A stretch of 64,000 nucleotides of DNA from Pseudomonadota bacterium (lineage in GTDB: Bacteria > Pseudomonadota > Gammaproteobacteria > Burkholderiales > SG8-39). Position 1 is the first letter of the stretch. The number at the start of each line of letters is the position of its first letter. Location of the stretch: the NCBI GenBank assembly GCA_947455195.1, contig CANGMI010000007.1, positions 212,875 to 276,874 on the forward strand, in the 5' to 3' direction. The position numbers were made by a program, and so were the translations under genes. Below are positions 22,382 through 31,253 of this stretch, in pieces. Under the pieces are notes generated by a model. It made no database searches, was not told the DNA's origin, and was given only the letters and a program-made list of their open reading frames with translations.

Positions 22382-22659
22382 GAACACCTGTCTGATGGAG
22401 GGGTTCGTGACCGGGGGGTGGTCATGCTCCTGTCATTTTTGAGGGATACCCGTTGAGACTGGGGGGGGTGTGTCCTGCGTGTGCAGAATACGTTCCTGAA
22501 ACGCGCTGCACCCACGCTGAATCACGCGAATGAAGCTGCATGCAAATTGAATTCAAGTGCATCCCATCCGCGCTTGCACCGAGTGTGCTCGAAGGGTTCA
22601 TGAATCCCGGGGACGTCGTCGCGATCGGGCTCCGCCCCGGTGGGTATTGAGTACCTTTG

Positions 22660-25600
22660 ATGAGAATCCGACAGCTATGCGCAAGGCTCGGTGACGGGCT
22701 CGCCGCCCGTTTGAAAGGCCTGCTGCCCACGCGCCGTGGGGTGCCCGGCGCCACAGGGGTGCGGGCAAAGCGGCCACGTTGGATCCTCCCGAGTGTTGCG
22801 GCTGTCTTCCTGGCAGTGGTGGCCTGGGTGATCGTGTGGTCAGCGGGCATCCCGATCGCGGGTATGGGGCCTGCGAACGAGGCGGGTGAAGCAACGCTCG
22901 AAGAGCCCCTCGATGTGGTCCTTGTTGCCGACTTTTCCGGCAACGACAAGCTCGTCGGACTTGATCTCGAACGTGGGTTTGCAGATGCGCTTGCCAGGCA
23001 TGGCAGCAGCCAGCGCTTGCGCATCGTGAGGCGCGATGACGAAGGCAAGCCCGAAGCCACGCTGGCGCTGGCAGAGGGGGCTGCATCCGGATTTCGCACC
23101 CTGGCTATCGTAGGCCCGGGGCAGACCCGTGGCTATGCAGCGTTTGCGCAGCAGGCTGAAGAGGGCGGGGTGCCCGTGCTCGTGCCCGTGGCGCCTCCTG
23201 GCCCATCCAGTGCGGGCAAATGGGTCTACACGCTTCAGCCCAGCCAGCAGTTGCAGGCCGAGTTGGCCGCCAGAATGCTCGCCCAGATCAGGCCTGCTGC
23301 CCGGGTAAGCATGGTGACCCTGGCCGCCTCGGGGGCAGGCTACTGGAACGGAATCCGGAACGCCTTTGTCGGCAGGAGCGCGACGTTGCGCGAGATTGAC
23401 CCCGGCAGTTCGCCTGCGATGGTGGAGGCAATGGCCGAGTCGCTCTCCACCAGTGACATGACCTTTGTCGACCTGCCTTCGGTGCTCGCCGCGGCGCTCG
23501 TAAAAGGGTTGCGCGATTCAGGCTACAAGGGGCGCATCGTAGGCTTCGGCGACATGGCGCTGACCGGCTTTGGCGAACGTTTCAGGGGCCTGCCCAAGGA
23601 GCGCCTCTCGCCCGGTTACTACACCCAGGGCGTCCTGACGATCACGACCTTCTCTCCGGACGAAGTGGATGAACGGAGTCGCGGGCTGGTCGATGCCCAC
23701 CACGCCCGATATGGCGCTGATCCTTCGTGGGCATATGCCTATGGCTATGACGTCGGGACGATGCTCACGGACTTTGTGGCAATCAAGGATTCGCAGGCGA
23801 ATCCTGCCAGTGGGAGCACAGGCGTTGCAACGGGCCAGTCCGACCGGGCGACCCAGAAGGTGGATCCGGATGAGTGGCGGGAATCCCTGCGCGAGTACAT
23901 GGCGGCGCTCACTGTGGCGGCTCGGCCGACCTCGGGCTTTACCGGTCTGATTGCGTTCGACGAGACGCGCCAGCGCGACACGCAGCCTTCCGTACTCACC
24001 TACAGTGACGGGCGAGCGGTTCCCTACGACCGGCAATTCAGCCATCAGCCGGCGCGCGTCGACGCAAGAGCAGACGACAGAGTCCGGGAAGTGGAAGTGG
24101 CGGGGCGCTTTTATGACGTCGTTCCGATCGCGTTCTCGGGTATTCGTTTTCATTCGATCGGTTCGATCGACATCGATGACGGCAATTACACCGCCGACTT
24201 CGAATTGTGGTTTCGCTCACCGATTCGCATCGAGCCTGAAGACGTGTTTTTTTCGAACGCTGTCGATGGAAGCATCAAGGGTATCGTCGTGGAGTCGCTC
24301 AAGGACGATGAGCGCTTCTATCAGCGACTCAGATTCCAGGGGAAGTTCCGCTTTGACGCTTCGCCCAAGGACTTGCTGCTCGAGCGGATCACATTGCCTC
24401 TTTCGTGGCGCCACAAGCAACTCGAAGTGGGTGGGTTGCGCCTCGTGATTGATTCGGCCAGCTTTGCATCGGTGACCGGGAGCGCCGCCATCCATGAGCA
24501 GATCGCCAGCGAACGTGTCATGGCGGCCGCCACTGGCTTTCGAGCGGTAACCTCGGTGCTCGGCGTCGAGAGCCGGCCCGTGAGGGCGCTGGGTGATCCG
24601 CGAGCCCGAGCCGGACAGTTGATCTACTCCGAAACGACCATGAAAGTGGTGGTCGAATCGACAACGTCATCGCTGGGGCCGGCTCTTGCCCGACGCGTGC
24701 CTGCGCTTCTGGCCTTGGCGGCCTCACTGGTGCTTCTTGCAACGGGCTTCACGCTGCGTCGCCGCCGGCAGGGCAGTCCCGTCGCTCGCGTGCTGACCAT
24801 CCTGTCGTTCATTGGCGCGTTGCTCCTTGGCGAAGTGGCGCTCTTTGGCAGTTCGCTCCTCGTGAATTCACCTCAGCGGTGGGTGGTCTGGATCCGATAC
24901 GGGATCACGATCGGCTACTACATGGCGGCCGCGTTCATGATCAACGCGCTGATATGGGGTTTGTTGCGTCGCAGTCGCGGCGGGTTGATGGTTCAGGGGA
25001 CGATTCATCTCTTGACGTCGTCTGCGGTGTACGCGTGCATGTTTGCCGCCTATTACACCAATGTGCTGGGGCGCGATGTCTTGCCGATACTGGCGACCTC
25101 GTCCGTTCTGCTCACGGTGATCGGCCTTGCGTTGCGCGAACTCATCCTGGATGCCATCAGTGGTGTCGCCCTTCACGTCGAAGGGTCAGTCAAGGTGGGT
25201 CAGTGGATTTCGGTAATGAATGGTGGCGCCACCCTGAATGGCATTGTCGAGGAACTGGGCTGGCGGACGTTCAGGATTCGTTCGCGTGACGACGAGGTTC
25301 ACTTCGTCCCGAATGCATCAATCGTCCAGCACGTGATGAGCAATCTTTCACTCAGCAATGGGTTTACCCGTGTCGAGATTCCGTTCGAGATCAGTTCAGG
25401 TGCGGAGGTGGGGCTGGTTCTGGATACGCTTGCTCGCGCGGTGCGCGATTTGCTTTCCGGTGACCCGGACGTCGATCCGGCGCGGCCGGTTCAACTGGTA
25501 TGTCGCGAGATCGACGGCGAAGGCACGGAAATGGCAGTGCAGGTGTTCTTCCGTGCCGGGCGGTCCGTGGACAGTCTCTCGACGCGAATTTTGCAGACGG

Positions 25601-25695
25601 TCAGTTCAGTCCTTATCAGGCTCGATGCCTTGCCGACGAGAAGAATCAGCCTCGACCGACCCGAGAAAATGAACGCGCTCGGTGTGTCAGCCTGA
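22660..25695 (+). CDS. Large membrane protein: N-terminal TM anchor, type-I periplasmic binding protein domain, beta-rich periplasmic module, and C-terminal MscS-type mechanosensitive channel domain
   Basis: PBP1/LivK-like region at about aa 85-470. MscS pore helix plus beta-domain (VIGLALRELILDAISGVALHVEGSVKVGQWISV...GIVEELGWRTFRIRSRDDEVHFVPNASI) and a C-terminal alpha/beta domain. About 5 TM helices at aa 686-850. ATG at 22660; an in-frame TTG lies at 22657. Confidence 0.8.
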   Translation: MRIRQLCARLGDGLAARLKGLLPTRRGVPGATGVRAKRPRWILPSVAAVFLAVVAWVIVWSAGIPIAGMGPANEAGEATLEEPLDVVLVADFSGNDKLVGLDLERGFADALARHGSSQRLRIVRRDDEGKPEATLALAEGAASGFRTLAIVGPGQTRGYAAFAQQAEEGGVPVLVPVAPPGPSSAGKWVYTLQPSQQLQAELAARMLAQIRPAARVSMVTLAASGAGYWNGIRNAFVGRSATLREIDPGSSPAMVEAMAESLSTSDMTFVDLPSVLAAALVKGLRDSGYKGRIVGFGDMALTGFGERFRGLPKERLSPGYYTQGVLTITTFSPDEVDERSRGLVDAHHARYGADPSWAYAYGYDVGTMLTDFVAIKDSQANPASGSTGVATGQSDRATQKVDPDEWRESLREYMAALTVAARPTSGFTGLIAFDETRQRDTQPSVLTYSDGRAVPYDRQFSHQPARVDARADDRVREVEVAGRFYDVVPIAFSGIRFHSIGSIDIDDGNYTADFELWFRSPIRIEPEDVFFSNAVDGSIKGIVVESLKDDERFYQRLRFQGKFRFDASPKDLLLERITLPLSWRHKQLEVGGLRLVIDSASFASVTGSAAIHEQIASERVMAAATGFRAVTSVLGVESRPVRALGDPRARAGQLIYSETTMKVVVESTTSSLGPALARRVPALLALAASLVLLATGFTLRRRRQGSPVARVLTILSFIGALLLGEVALFGSSLLVNSPQRWVVWIRYGITIGYYMAAAFMINALIWGLLRRSRGGLMVQGTIHLLTSSAVYACMFAAYYTNVLGRDVLPILATSSVLLTVIGLALRELILDAISGVALHVEGSVKVGQWISVMNGGATLNGIVEELGWRTFRIRSRDDEVHFVPNASIVQHVMSNLSLSNGFTRVEIPFEISSGAEVGLVLDTLARAVRDLLSGDPDVDPARPVQLVCREIDGEGTEMAVQVFFRAGRSVDSLSTRILQTVSSVLIRLDALPTRRISLDRPEKMNALGVSA

Positions 25696-26100
25696 ATGTC
25701 TCGAACGGCACTCGGTTCTCAAGCTTGCCCCTGCGGGCTGTCGAGGCGACTTGCCGACTGCTGTGGCCGATGGCATGCCGGCGAACAGTACCTGCTCGCG
25801 CCGAACGCCGAAGCCTTGATGCGATCGCGTTACACGGCCTATGTGCTCGGACTCGATGCTTACCTGGTGGATACCTGGCACCCGCTGACCCGACCTGGAC
25901 TCATCGAGCCACGCCCGGCTTCCTTGCGCTGGCTCGGGCTCGAGGTGCGGCGTCATGTCGAACATGATGCCGAGCACGCAACGGTCGAATTTGTCGCGCG
26001 CAGCAAGCTTGCGGGCCGTGCTCAGCGTCTGCACGAGGTGAGTCGCTTCGAGCGACGTGAGGGGCGCTGGCTCTACGTCGATGGCCAATCGGACGTGTGA
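25696..26100 (+). CDS. ychJ: YchJ family protein (UPF0225, SEC-C motif)
   Basis: N-terminal CPCG...CCG SEC-C-like metal motif and a YchJ-like body. The ATG immediately follows the channel gene stop (TGAATG). Confidence 0.7.
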   Translation: MSRTALGSQACPCGLSRRLADCCGRWHAGEQYLLAPNAEALMRSRYTAYVLGLDAYLVDTWHPLTRPGLIEPRPASLRWLGLEVRRHVEHDAEHATVEFVARSKLAGRAQRLHEVSRFERREGRWLYVDGQSDV

Positions 26101-26135
26101 TGTCGGGGGCAAAAGCCAGGACCTGCCCCTGCCGG

Positions 26136-27404
26136 TCACTTGCGTGCGTTCAGTTCCTTCCAGCCGTCACGCACGTTGGGGATCGTCTCGATCTCGACAT
26201 TCATCAGCTTGCCCCCTACACGGCGCACTTCGCGGATGTATTCGTTGTGGACCACATCCCGCGTCTCGGGGTCGATTGCCACCGGCCCACGCGGGCTGTT
26301 CGGGTTGCTGTATCGGCTGAGGATGGCCATCGTGCGATCGGGGTCGATGCGCCCCTGCTGTTCCCGGATGGCGGTGTAGATCGCATCCATCGCATCCCAC
26401 GCGGCCAGCGACATGAGTGTCGGGACGACTGCTTCGCCGTACTCCCGTGCGAAGGCTGTCGTAAAGGCCTTGTTGGCGGGGCGATCGCCGCCTGGTGAAT
26501 AGTGGTAAGCGGTCACCACCCCGAGTGCGGCGTCGCCCATATTGACCAGTTCTTCGTCGGCCGTGATGTTGCCCGAGCCAATGAATCGGATGCCGGCACG
26601 CTCGAGGCCAAGCGCCGCGTAGGCTTTCATCAGCTGCGCCGCGGGTGGGCCCGACGGAACGAAGGCGAAGAGGACGTCGGGCTTTTCGTCCTTGACCCGT
26701 TGCAGAAACGGAATGAAATCCGGGTTGGCGAGGGGTACACGCACTTTGCCGATGATTTGCCCGCCCCCTTCGGCGAAGCCCTTGGCAAACGCTTCTTCCG
26801 AGTCGTGGCCGGCGGCAAAATCGCTCACCAGCTGATAGGCGCGGGTGTACTTTCGGGATGCCCAGCGCCCGAGCGGCAGGGCGTGCTGCCATTCGGTGAA
26901 TGACAGTCGGACGATGTAGGGCGAACGCAGCGGAATCACCGAGGCGGCGGCATTCATGATCACCATCGGCACCTTCGCTTCGGTGACCAGCGGCGCGATG
27001 GCCAGTGCATTGGGGCTCCACACGATGCCGGTCAGAATCTGCACCTTGTCGCGAACGATGAGTTCCTGCGCGATGGCACGGGCCTTGTCTGGCACGGGGC
27101 CACCGTCGTCACGAACCACGACGTCAACCTTGACACCCGGCGGCAGTTTGTCGGCATTGAGCTTCATGTAGAGCTTCATGCCGCGATCCATTTCGGTGCC
27201 GAAGGCTGCATTGGTCCCGCTGTAGGTGGCGAGCATGCCGATGCGAACGGTCTGGGCGCTCGCGATCGGGCTGAATGACACAGCCAGGAGTACGGCTCCT
27301 GCTGCGACCAGACTTGCCGATCTCGGGGTGGTCAGCATGTTCGTGGCGGTGCGAACGGCCGAGACGGCGCTTCGCAGCATTCCCTGCCTTGTCATCCGAT
27401 GCAT
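26136..27404 (-). CDS. ABC transporter substrate-binding protein, LivK/branched-chain amino-acid family (orphan, no permease or ATPase nearby)
   Basis: Signal peptide (LVAAGAVLLAVSFSPIASA) followed by a Peripla_BP_6-like sequence. Start at MHRM (27404) is supported by a GAGGAG SD 6 nt upstream. The ORF-track start at 27467 would run through the 33-nt palindrome. Confidence 0.8.
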   Translation of the reverse strand: MHRMTRQGMLRSAVSAVRTATNMLTTPRSASLVAAGAVLLAVSFSPIASAQTVRIGMLATYSGTNAAFGTEMDRGMKLYMKLNADKLPPGVKVDVVVRDDGGPVPDKARAIAQELIVRDKVQILTGIVWSPNALAIAPLVTEAKVPMVIMNAAASVIPLRSPYIVRLSFTEWQHALPLGRWASRKYTRAYQLVSDFAAGHDSEEAFAKGFAEGGGQIIGKVRVPLANPDFIPFLQRVKDEKPDVLFAFVPSGPPAAQLMKAYAALGLERAGIRFIGSGNITADEELVNMGDAALGVVTAYHYSPGGDRPANKAFTTAFAREYGEAVVPTLMSLAAWDAMDAIYTAIREQQGRIDPDRTMAILSRYSNPNSPRGPVAIDPETRDVVHNEYIREVRRVGGKLMNVEIETIPNVRDGWKELNARK

Positions 27405-27429
27405 CACTGTCTCCTCGGTGTTTGCCCAC

Positions 27430-27462
27430 GGGGTCAGGTCTTGCCACGCAAGACCTGACCCC
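27430..27462. repeat. Perfect 15-bp inverted repeat with a 3-nt spacer (GGGGTCAGGTCTTGC-cac-GCAAGACCTGACCCC)
   Basis: Read directly from the sequence. It lies in the divergent intergenic region between the binding-protein gene and the hydrolase gene. TTTTT at 27469-27473 and CATAAT at 27479-27484 follow. Confidence 0.9.
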
Positions 27463-27523
27463 ATCAAGTTTTTGCAGCCATAATATCCCTGCCGAAAGAA
27501 ATCGCGCCAGAGGGAGACAGCCG

Positions 27524-28225
27524 ATGCACGTCATCGATATTCCGCAGTCGGTCATCGACCGGGTCATTCGGCATCGTGGCCGCGAGCACGTTTATGACGA
27601 TCTCGAAGCACGGCATACGGCGCTGATCGTGGTCGACATGCAGAACGCCTTCATGATGCCGGGCGTGGCCCACGTGCTTTGCGACACCGCGCGCGACATC
27701 GTGCCCGCCATCAACCGTCTGGCCAGTGCCACGCGCGCCTGTGGTGGCACGGTGGTGTGGGTCAAGAACACCTTTGGCGAGCCCTCGCTCAAGAGCTGGC
27801 CGGTCTTTCATGCGATGACCGGCCCCGAGCGGACCCGGGTACGCATCCAGACCATGGCCGAGGGAGCTATCGGCCACGCACTCTGGGCCGGGCTCGAGGT
27901 GAACGAGCGGACCGATCTCATCGTCCAGAAAGATCGCTACAGTGCCTTCGTGCCGGGCGCATCACCACTCGCCGAGATGTTGCGCGCGAGAGGTCTGGAT
28001 ACCTTGCTCATCACCGGCACCGTCACAAACGTGTGCTGCGACTCCACGGCGCGCGACGCGATGATGCAGAACTTTCGTACGGTGATGATCACCGATGCGA
28101 ACGCGGCGCATACCGACGAGGAGCACAACGCAGCGCTCGTTGCGTTCTATCTGGCCTTTGGCGACATCATGTCGACCGACCTCGCGATCGAGTGTCTCGA
28201 GCGCTCGGCCAGCAAGGCCAGCTGA
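27524..28225 (+). CDS. Isochorismatase-family cysteine hydrolase
   Basis: Catalytic triad contexts ALIVVDMQNAF (Asp), QKDRYSAF (Lys) and GTVTNVCCDSTARDA (Cys). GGGAGA SD 6 nt upstream of ATG 27524. Confidence 0.8.
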   Translation: MHVIDIPQSVIDRVIRHRGREHVYDDLEARHTALIVVDMQNAFMMPGVAHVLCDTARDIVPAINRLASATRACGGTVVWVKNTFGEPSLKSWPVFHAMTGPERTRVRIQTMAEGAIGHALWAGLEVNERTDLIVQKDRYSAFVPGASPLAEMLRARGLDTLLITGTVTNVCCDSTARDAMMQNFRTVMITDANAAHTDEEHNAALVAFYLAFGDIMSTDLAIECLERSASKAS

Positions 28226-28232
28226 GCGCCAC

Positions 28233-29213
28233 TCAGGGGTGCAGCACCAGCTTGCCGAGAACTGCGCGAGCGTCGAGCAGTTCGTGTGCCGCCCGGGCGT
28301 CGGCAAGCCCCATGCGCCGGAAGATTGCCGGGCGCACTGCCTGACGCGAAAAAAGTTCGATGGTCTCCTGCATCAGCCGCTGGCGCGTGGCCGGATCGCT
28401 GTCGTAGCTGTGCATCGTGAAGCAGCGCACGGCAGGGCTGCGGGGCAGGTGGGCTCGCATCGCGCGGAAGAGATCCTGTTCGGGCCAGCCTGCGAGCATG
28501 TTGAACGACACGACGAGCCCGAAGGGCGCGAGCATGCCCAGGGTGTCGGTGAATTTCGGCCCGATGAGGTGATCGAGCGAGAGGTCCACGCCCTGTCCCG
28601 CGGTGAGTTCGAGCACCCGCTCGACCACCGACTCGCGGCTGTAGTCGAGGGCGTGGGTAGCTCCGCGTGCGAGCGCAAAGGCGCACTTTTCGGCTGAGCT
28701 TGCACCCGCAATCACGGCAAGACCGCGGATGCGGCACAGATCGATGACCGCCGAGCCGATGCCGCCTGCGGCACCGTTGATGTAGATCCAGCGGGTGCGA
28801 GCGCCGCGAGCCGCTTCGGTGAGCAGCGCGTGTGCCACCTGGTAGTTGGGGATGGTGACAGCGAAGTCCGGATCGATACTTGCAGGCAGCGGCGTCACCG
28901 CATCAACCGGTACGGCGTTGTATTCGGCGTAGCAGCCACCCTTGAGGGCATAGACGAGTACCGGCTGTCCGGTTGCGAGACCTTCGACGCCGGGACCGAC
29001 GGCTGCTACATGGCCCATCATCTCCGCGCCCGGAATGGCGGGCAGCGGGGGCAACCAGCGGTAGACGCCGGTGCGAAACAGGACGTCAGGCTTGCCTGCG
29101 CCAATGGCGGCGGCCTTGACCAGTACCTCGCCCGCACCCGGTACCGGTGTTGCACAGTCGACGGTCTGCAAGACCTCGGGGCCCCCGGTGGCGTCGATTC
29201 GAATGGCTTTCAC
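28233..29213 (-). CDS. Zinc-independent MDR-family NADPH:quinone oxidoreductase-like protein
   Basis: VKAIRIDATGGPEVLQ start, GXGXXG-type NGAAGGIGSAVIDL and C-terminal GKLVLHP. GTG start at 29213 with a strong AGGAGG SD. The ORF-track start at 29315 is not supported. Confidence 0.8.
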   Translation of the reverse strand: MKAIRIDATGGPEVLQTVDCATPVPGAGEVLVKAAAIGAGKPDVLFRTGVYRWLPPLPAIPGAEMMGHVAAVGPGVEGLATGQPVLVYALKGGCYAEYNAVPVDAVTPLPASIDPDFAVTIPNYQVAHALLTEAARGARTRWIYINGAAGGIGSAVIDLCRIRGLAVIAGASSAEKCAFALARGATHALDYSRESVVERVLELTAGQGVDLSLDHLIGPKFTDTLGMLAPFGLVVSFNMLAGWPEQDLFRAMRAHLPRSPAVRCFTMHSYDSDPATRQRLMQETIELFSRQAVRPAIFRRMGLADARAAHELLDARAVLGKLVLHP

Positions 29214-29358
29214 GATGGTCTCCTCCTGTGGCTGGCGATGAAGCATCCTGGCAAAGCACGCCCGGCACCTGTCAGCGCGAGACTGTAAACCACTCGGCGC
29301 GCAACGAACCGGCATCTGGTGCGATCATGACGGTCTTTGCAATGCATGGAGTGCATCG

Positions 29359-29964
29359 ATGGATTCGGCAATGCTCGAGCGACTGGCGATTCGTGAAGTG
29401 GTCGAAAACTGGGCCATGTGGCGCGACACTGGTCAGTTCGACAAGCTGCGAACCACCTTCCACCCCGAGGGCGTGTTTCGCGCGACCTGGTTCAACGGCC
29501 TGTTCAGCGAATTCATCATTGCCTCGACCGCAGGCTGGAAGCGCGGGTCTCGTTCGATGCATGTTCTCGGTGGCAGTTCGATCGAGCAGGAGGGGCATCG
29601 CGCCTTCGCGCACACCAAGATGGAAATCGTGGTGCGGGCGCTGCTCGATGGGGTCGAGGTCGACGCAAACTGCTACGGACGTTTTTTCGATTTCTTCGAA
29701 AAGCGTGACGGGCGCTGGGCCATCGTGCGTCGCGTCTGCATCTATGACAAGAGTTGCATGTCGCCGGCACGTCCGGGAACGCCGATCGTCTTCGACGAGG
29801 CCCTGCTCATGAGTTTCCCCGAGGGTTATCGCTACCTCGCCTACGTGCAGGCAAAGAACGGGCAGACGGTTGATCCGGCCCTGCTGACCACGCGCGATCC
29901 GGGCGTCGATGCGCTCTACGCCGACGCCGATGCGTGGGTGGCTGCGGGTGTGGCCAACGCATGA
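29359..29964 (+). CDS. NTF2-like (SnoaL_4-type) protein
   Basis: LAIREVVENWAMWRDTGQFDKLRTTFHPEG is typical of SnoaL-like polyketide cyclase-fold proteins. Function unknown. Confidence 0.6.
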   Translation: MDSAMLERLAIREVVENWAMWRDTGQFDKLRTTFHPEGVFRATWFNGLFSEFIIASTAGWKRGSRSMHVLGGSSIEQEGHRAFAHTKMEIVVRALLDGVEVDANCYGRFFDFFEKRDGRWAIVRRVCIYDKSCMSPARPGTPIVFDEALLMSFPEGYRYLAYVQAKNGQTVDPALLTTRDPGVDALYADADAWVAAGVANA

Positions 29965-29998
29965 CGCCGACCTGCTTGCGTCGCGGGCGCCGTAGCGC

Positions 29999-31237
29999 AT
30001 GACCTCGCCGACCGTTCACCGCGCGGGTGTCGCGTTTACCCCGGCCATGCTCGTTCTCATCGCGAGTGCGGCGAGCATCGTCACGCTCTCGCTGGGCATG
30101 CGACCTGCCTTCGGCCTCTTTATGAAGCCGCTCAGTCAGGACCTCGGCCTCGGACGCGAGGTGTTCAGTCTGGCACTCGCGCTGCAGACGCTGCTCAACG
30201 GCCTTGGGGCACCCCTGTTCGGCGCTCTGGCCGATCGGTTCGGCGTGTTTCGCATCGTCATCACGGGCAACCTCTTCATCGTGCTCGGGCTTGCACTGGG
30301 TGCCTTCGTGCAGGGACCGCTCGGTCTGCATCTCACCTTCGGTCTGCTGGTGGGTGTGGGAACGACCGCCGTGAGCGTGGGCGTGGTGATGGGGGCTGTG
30401 GCGCGCAGCGTATCGCCCGAACGGCGCAGCCTTGCGTTCGGACTCGTGATGGCAGGCGGCTCCTTCGGACAGTTCCTGATGGTACCCATCGCGCAATCAC
30501 TGCTGGCCGCGCACGACTGGCGGTTTGCCTCGGGCGTGCTCGCCGGCATTCTGGCGCTCGTTTTCCTGCTGGCGCTGGGGATGCGAGGTGAGCGTCGGCC
30601 GAGCAGCCAGGGGGCTGCGGGCGCGCCCAGTTCGGTGGGCGCAGCGCTCGCCGAGGCCACCCGACACTCCGGGTTCTGGCTCCTGACGGCAGCCTTCTTC
30701 GTCTGCGGCGTTCATGTGAGTTTCGTGAGCTTTCACCTGAGCCCCTTTCTCACCGATCGCGGGCTCTCGGGTAATGTGGCCGCGCTGGCACTCGCTCTGG
30801 TCGGGCTCTTCAATATTCTCGGCTCCTTTGCCTCGGGCTGGCTGGGTACGCGCCTGCGCCATCGTTATCTGCTGGCGATCATCTACGGGCTGCGGGGACT
30901 GCTCTTCCTGCCCATGATCTTCCTGCCGGTCACCCCATTGCTCGCAGCGACCTTCGCAGCGGTGATGGGCATTCTGTACCTTTCGACCGCAGCACCGACC
31001 AGTGGCATCGTGGCGCAGGTGTTCGGTTCGCGACATTTCTCGATGCTCTACGGCGTCGTGTTTGGTGCGCATCAGGTCGGTGGTTTCTTCGGTTCCTGGC
31101 TGGGGGGCTACATCTTCGATCGAACCGGCTCCTACGACACGGCCTGGTGGATCATGATCGCGCTGGCGGTGCTGGCGACCGCAATGTCCTTGCCGATTCG
31201 CGACCGGCCACTGCGCGTCGGCGCCGCCGCCGCCTGA
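29999..31237 (+). CDS. MFS transporter
   Basis: 412 aa, about 12 TM segments and an MFS loop motif (GALADRFGVFRIV). Confidence 0.8.
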   Translation: MTSPTVHRAGVAFTPAMLVLIASAASIVTLSLGMRPAFGLFMKPLSQDLGLGREVFSLALALQTLLNGLGAPLFGALADRFGVFRIVITGNLFIVLGLALGAFVQGPLGLHLTFGLLVGVGTTAVSVGVVMGAVARSVSPERRSLAFGLVMAGGSFGQFLMVPIAQSLLAAHDWRFASGVLAGILALVFLLALGMRGERRPSSQGAAGAPSSVGAALAEATRHSGFWLLTAAFFVCGVHVSFVSFHLSPFLTDRGLSGNVAALALALVGLFNILGSFASGWLGTRLRHRYLLAIIYGLRGLLFLPMIFLPVTPLLAATFAAVMGILYLSTAAPTSGIVAQVFGSRHFSMLYGVVFGAHQVGGFFGSWLGGYIFDRTGSYDTAWWIMIALAVLATAMSLPIRDRPLRVGAAAA

Positions 31238-31253
31238 TCTCGAGGAGCCTGCC

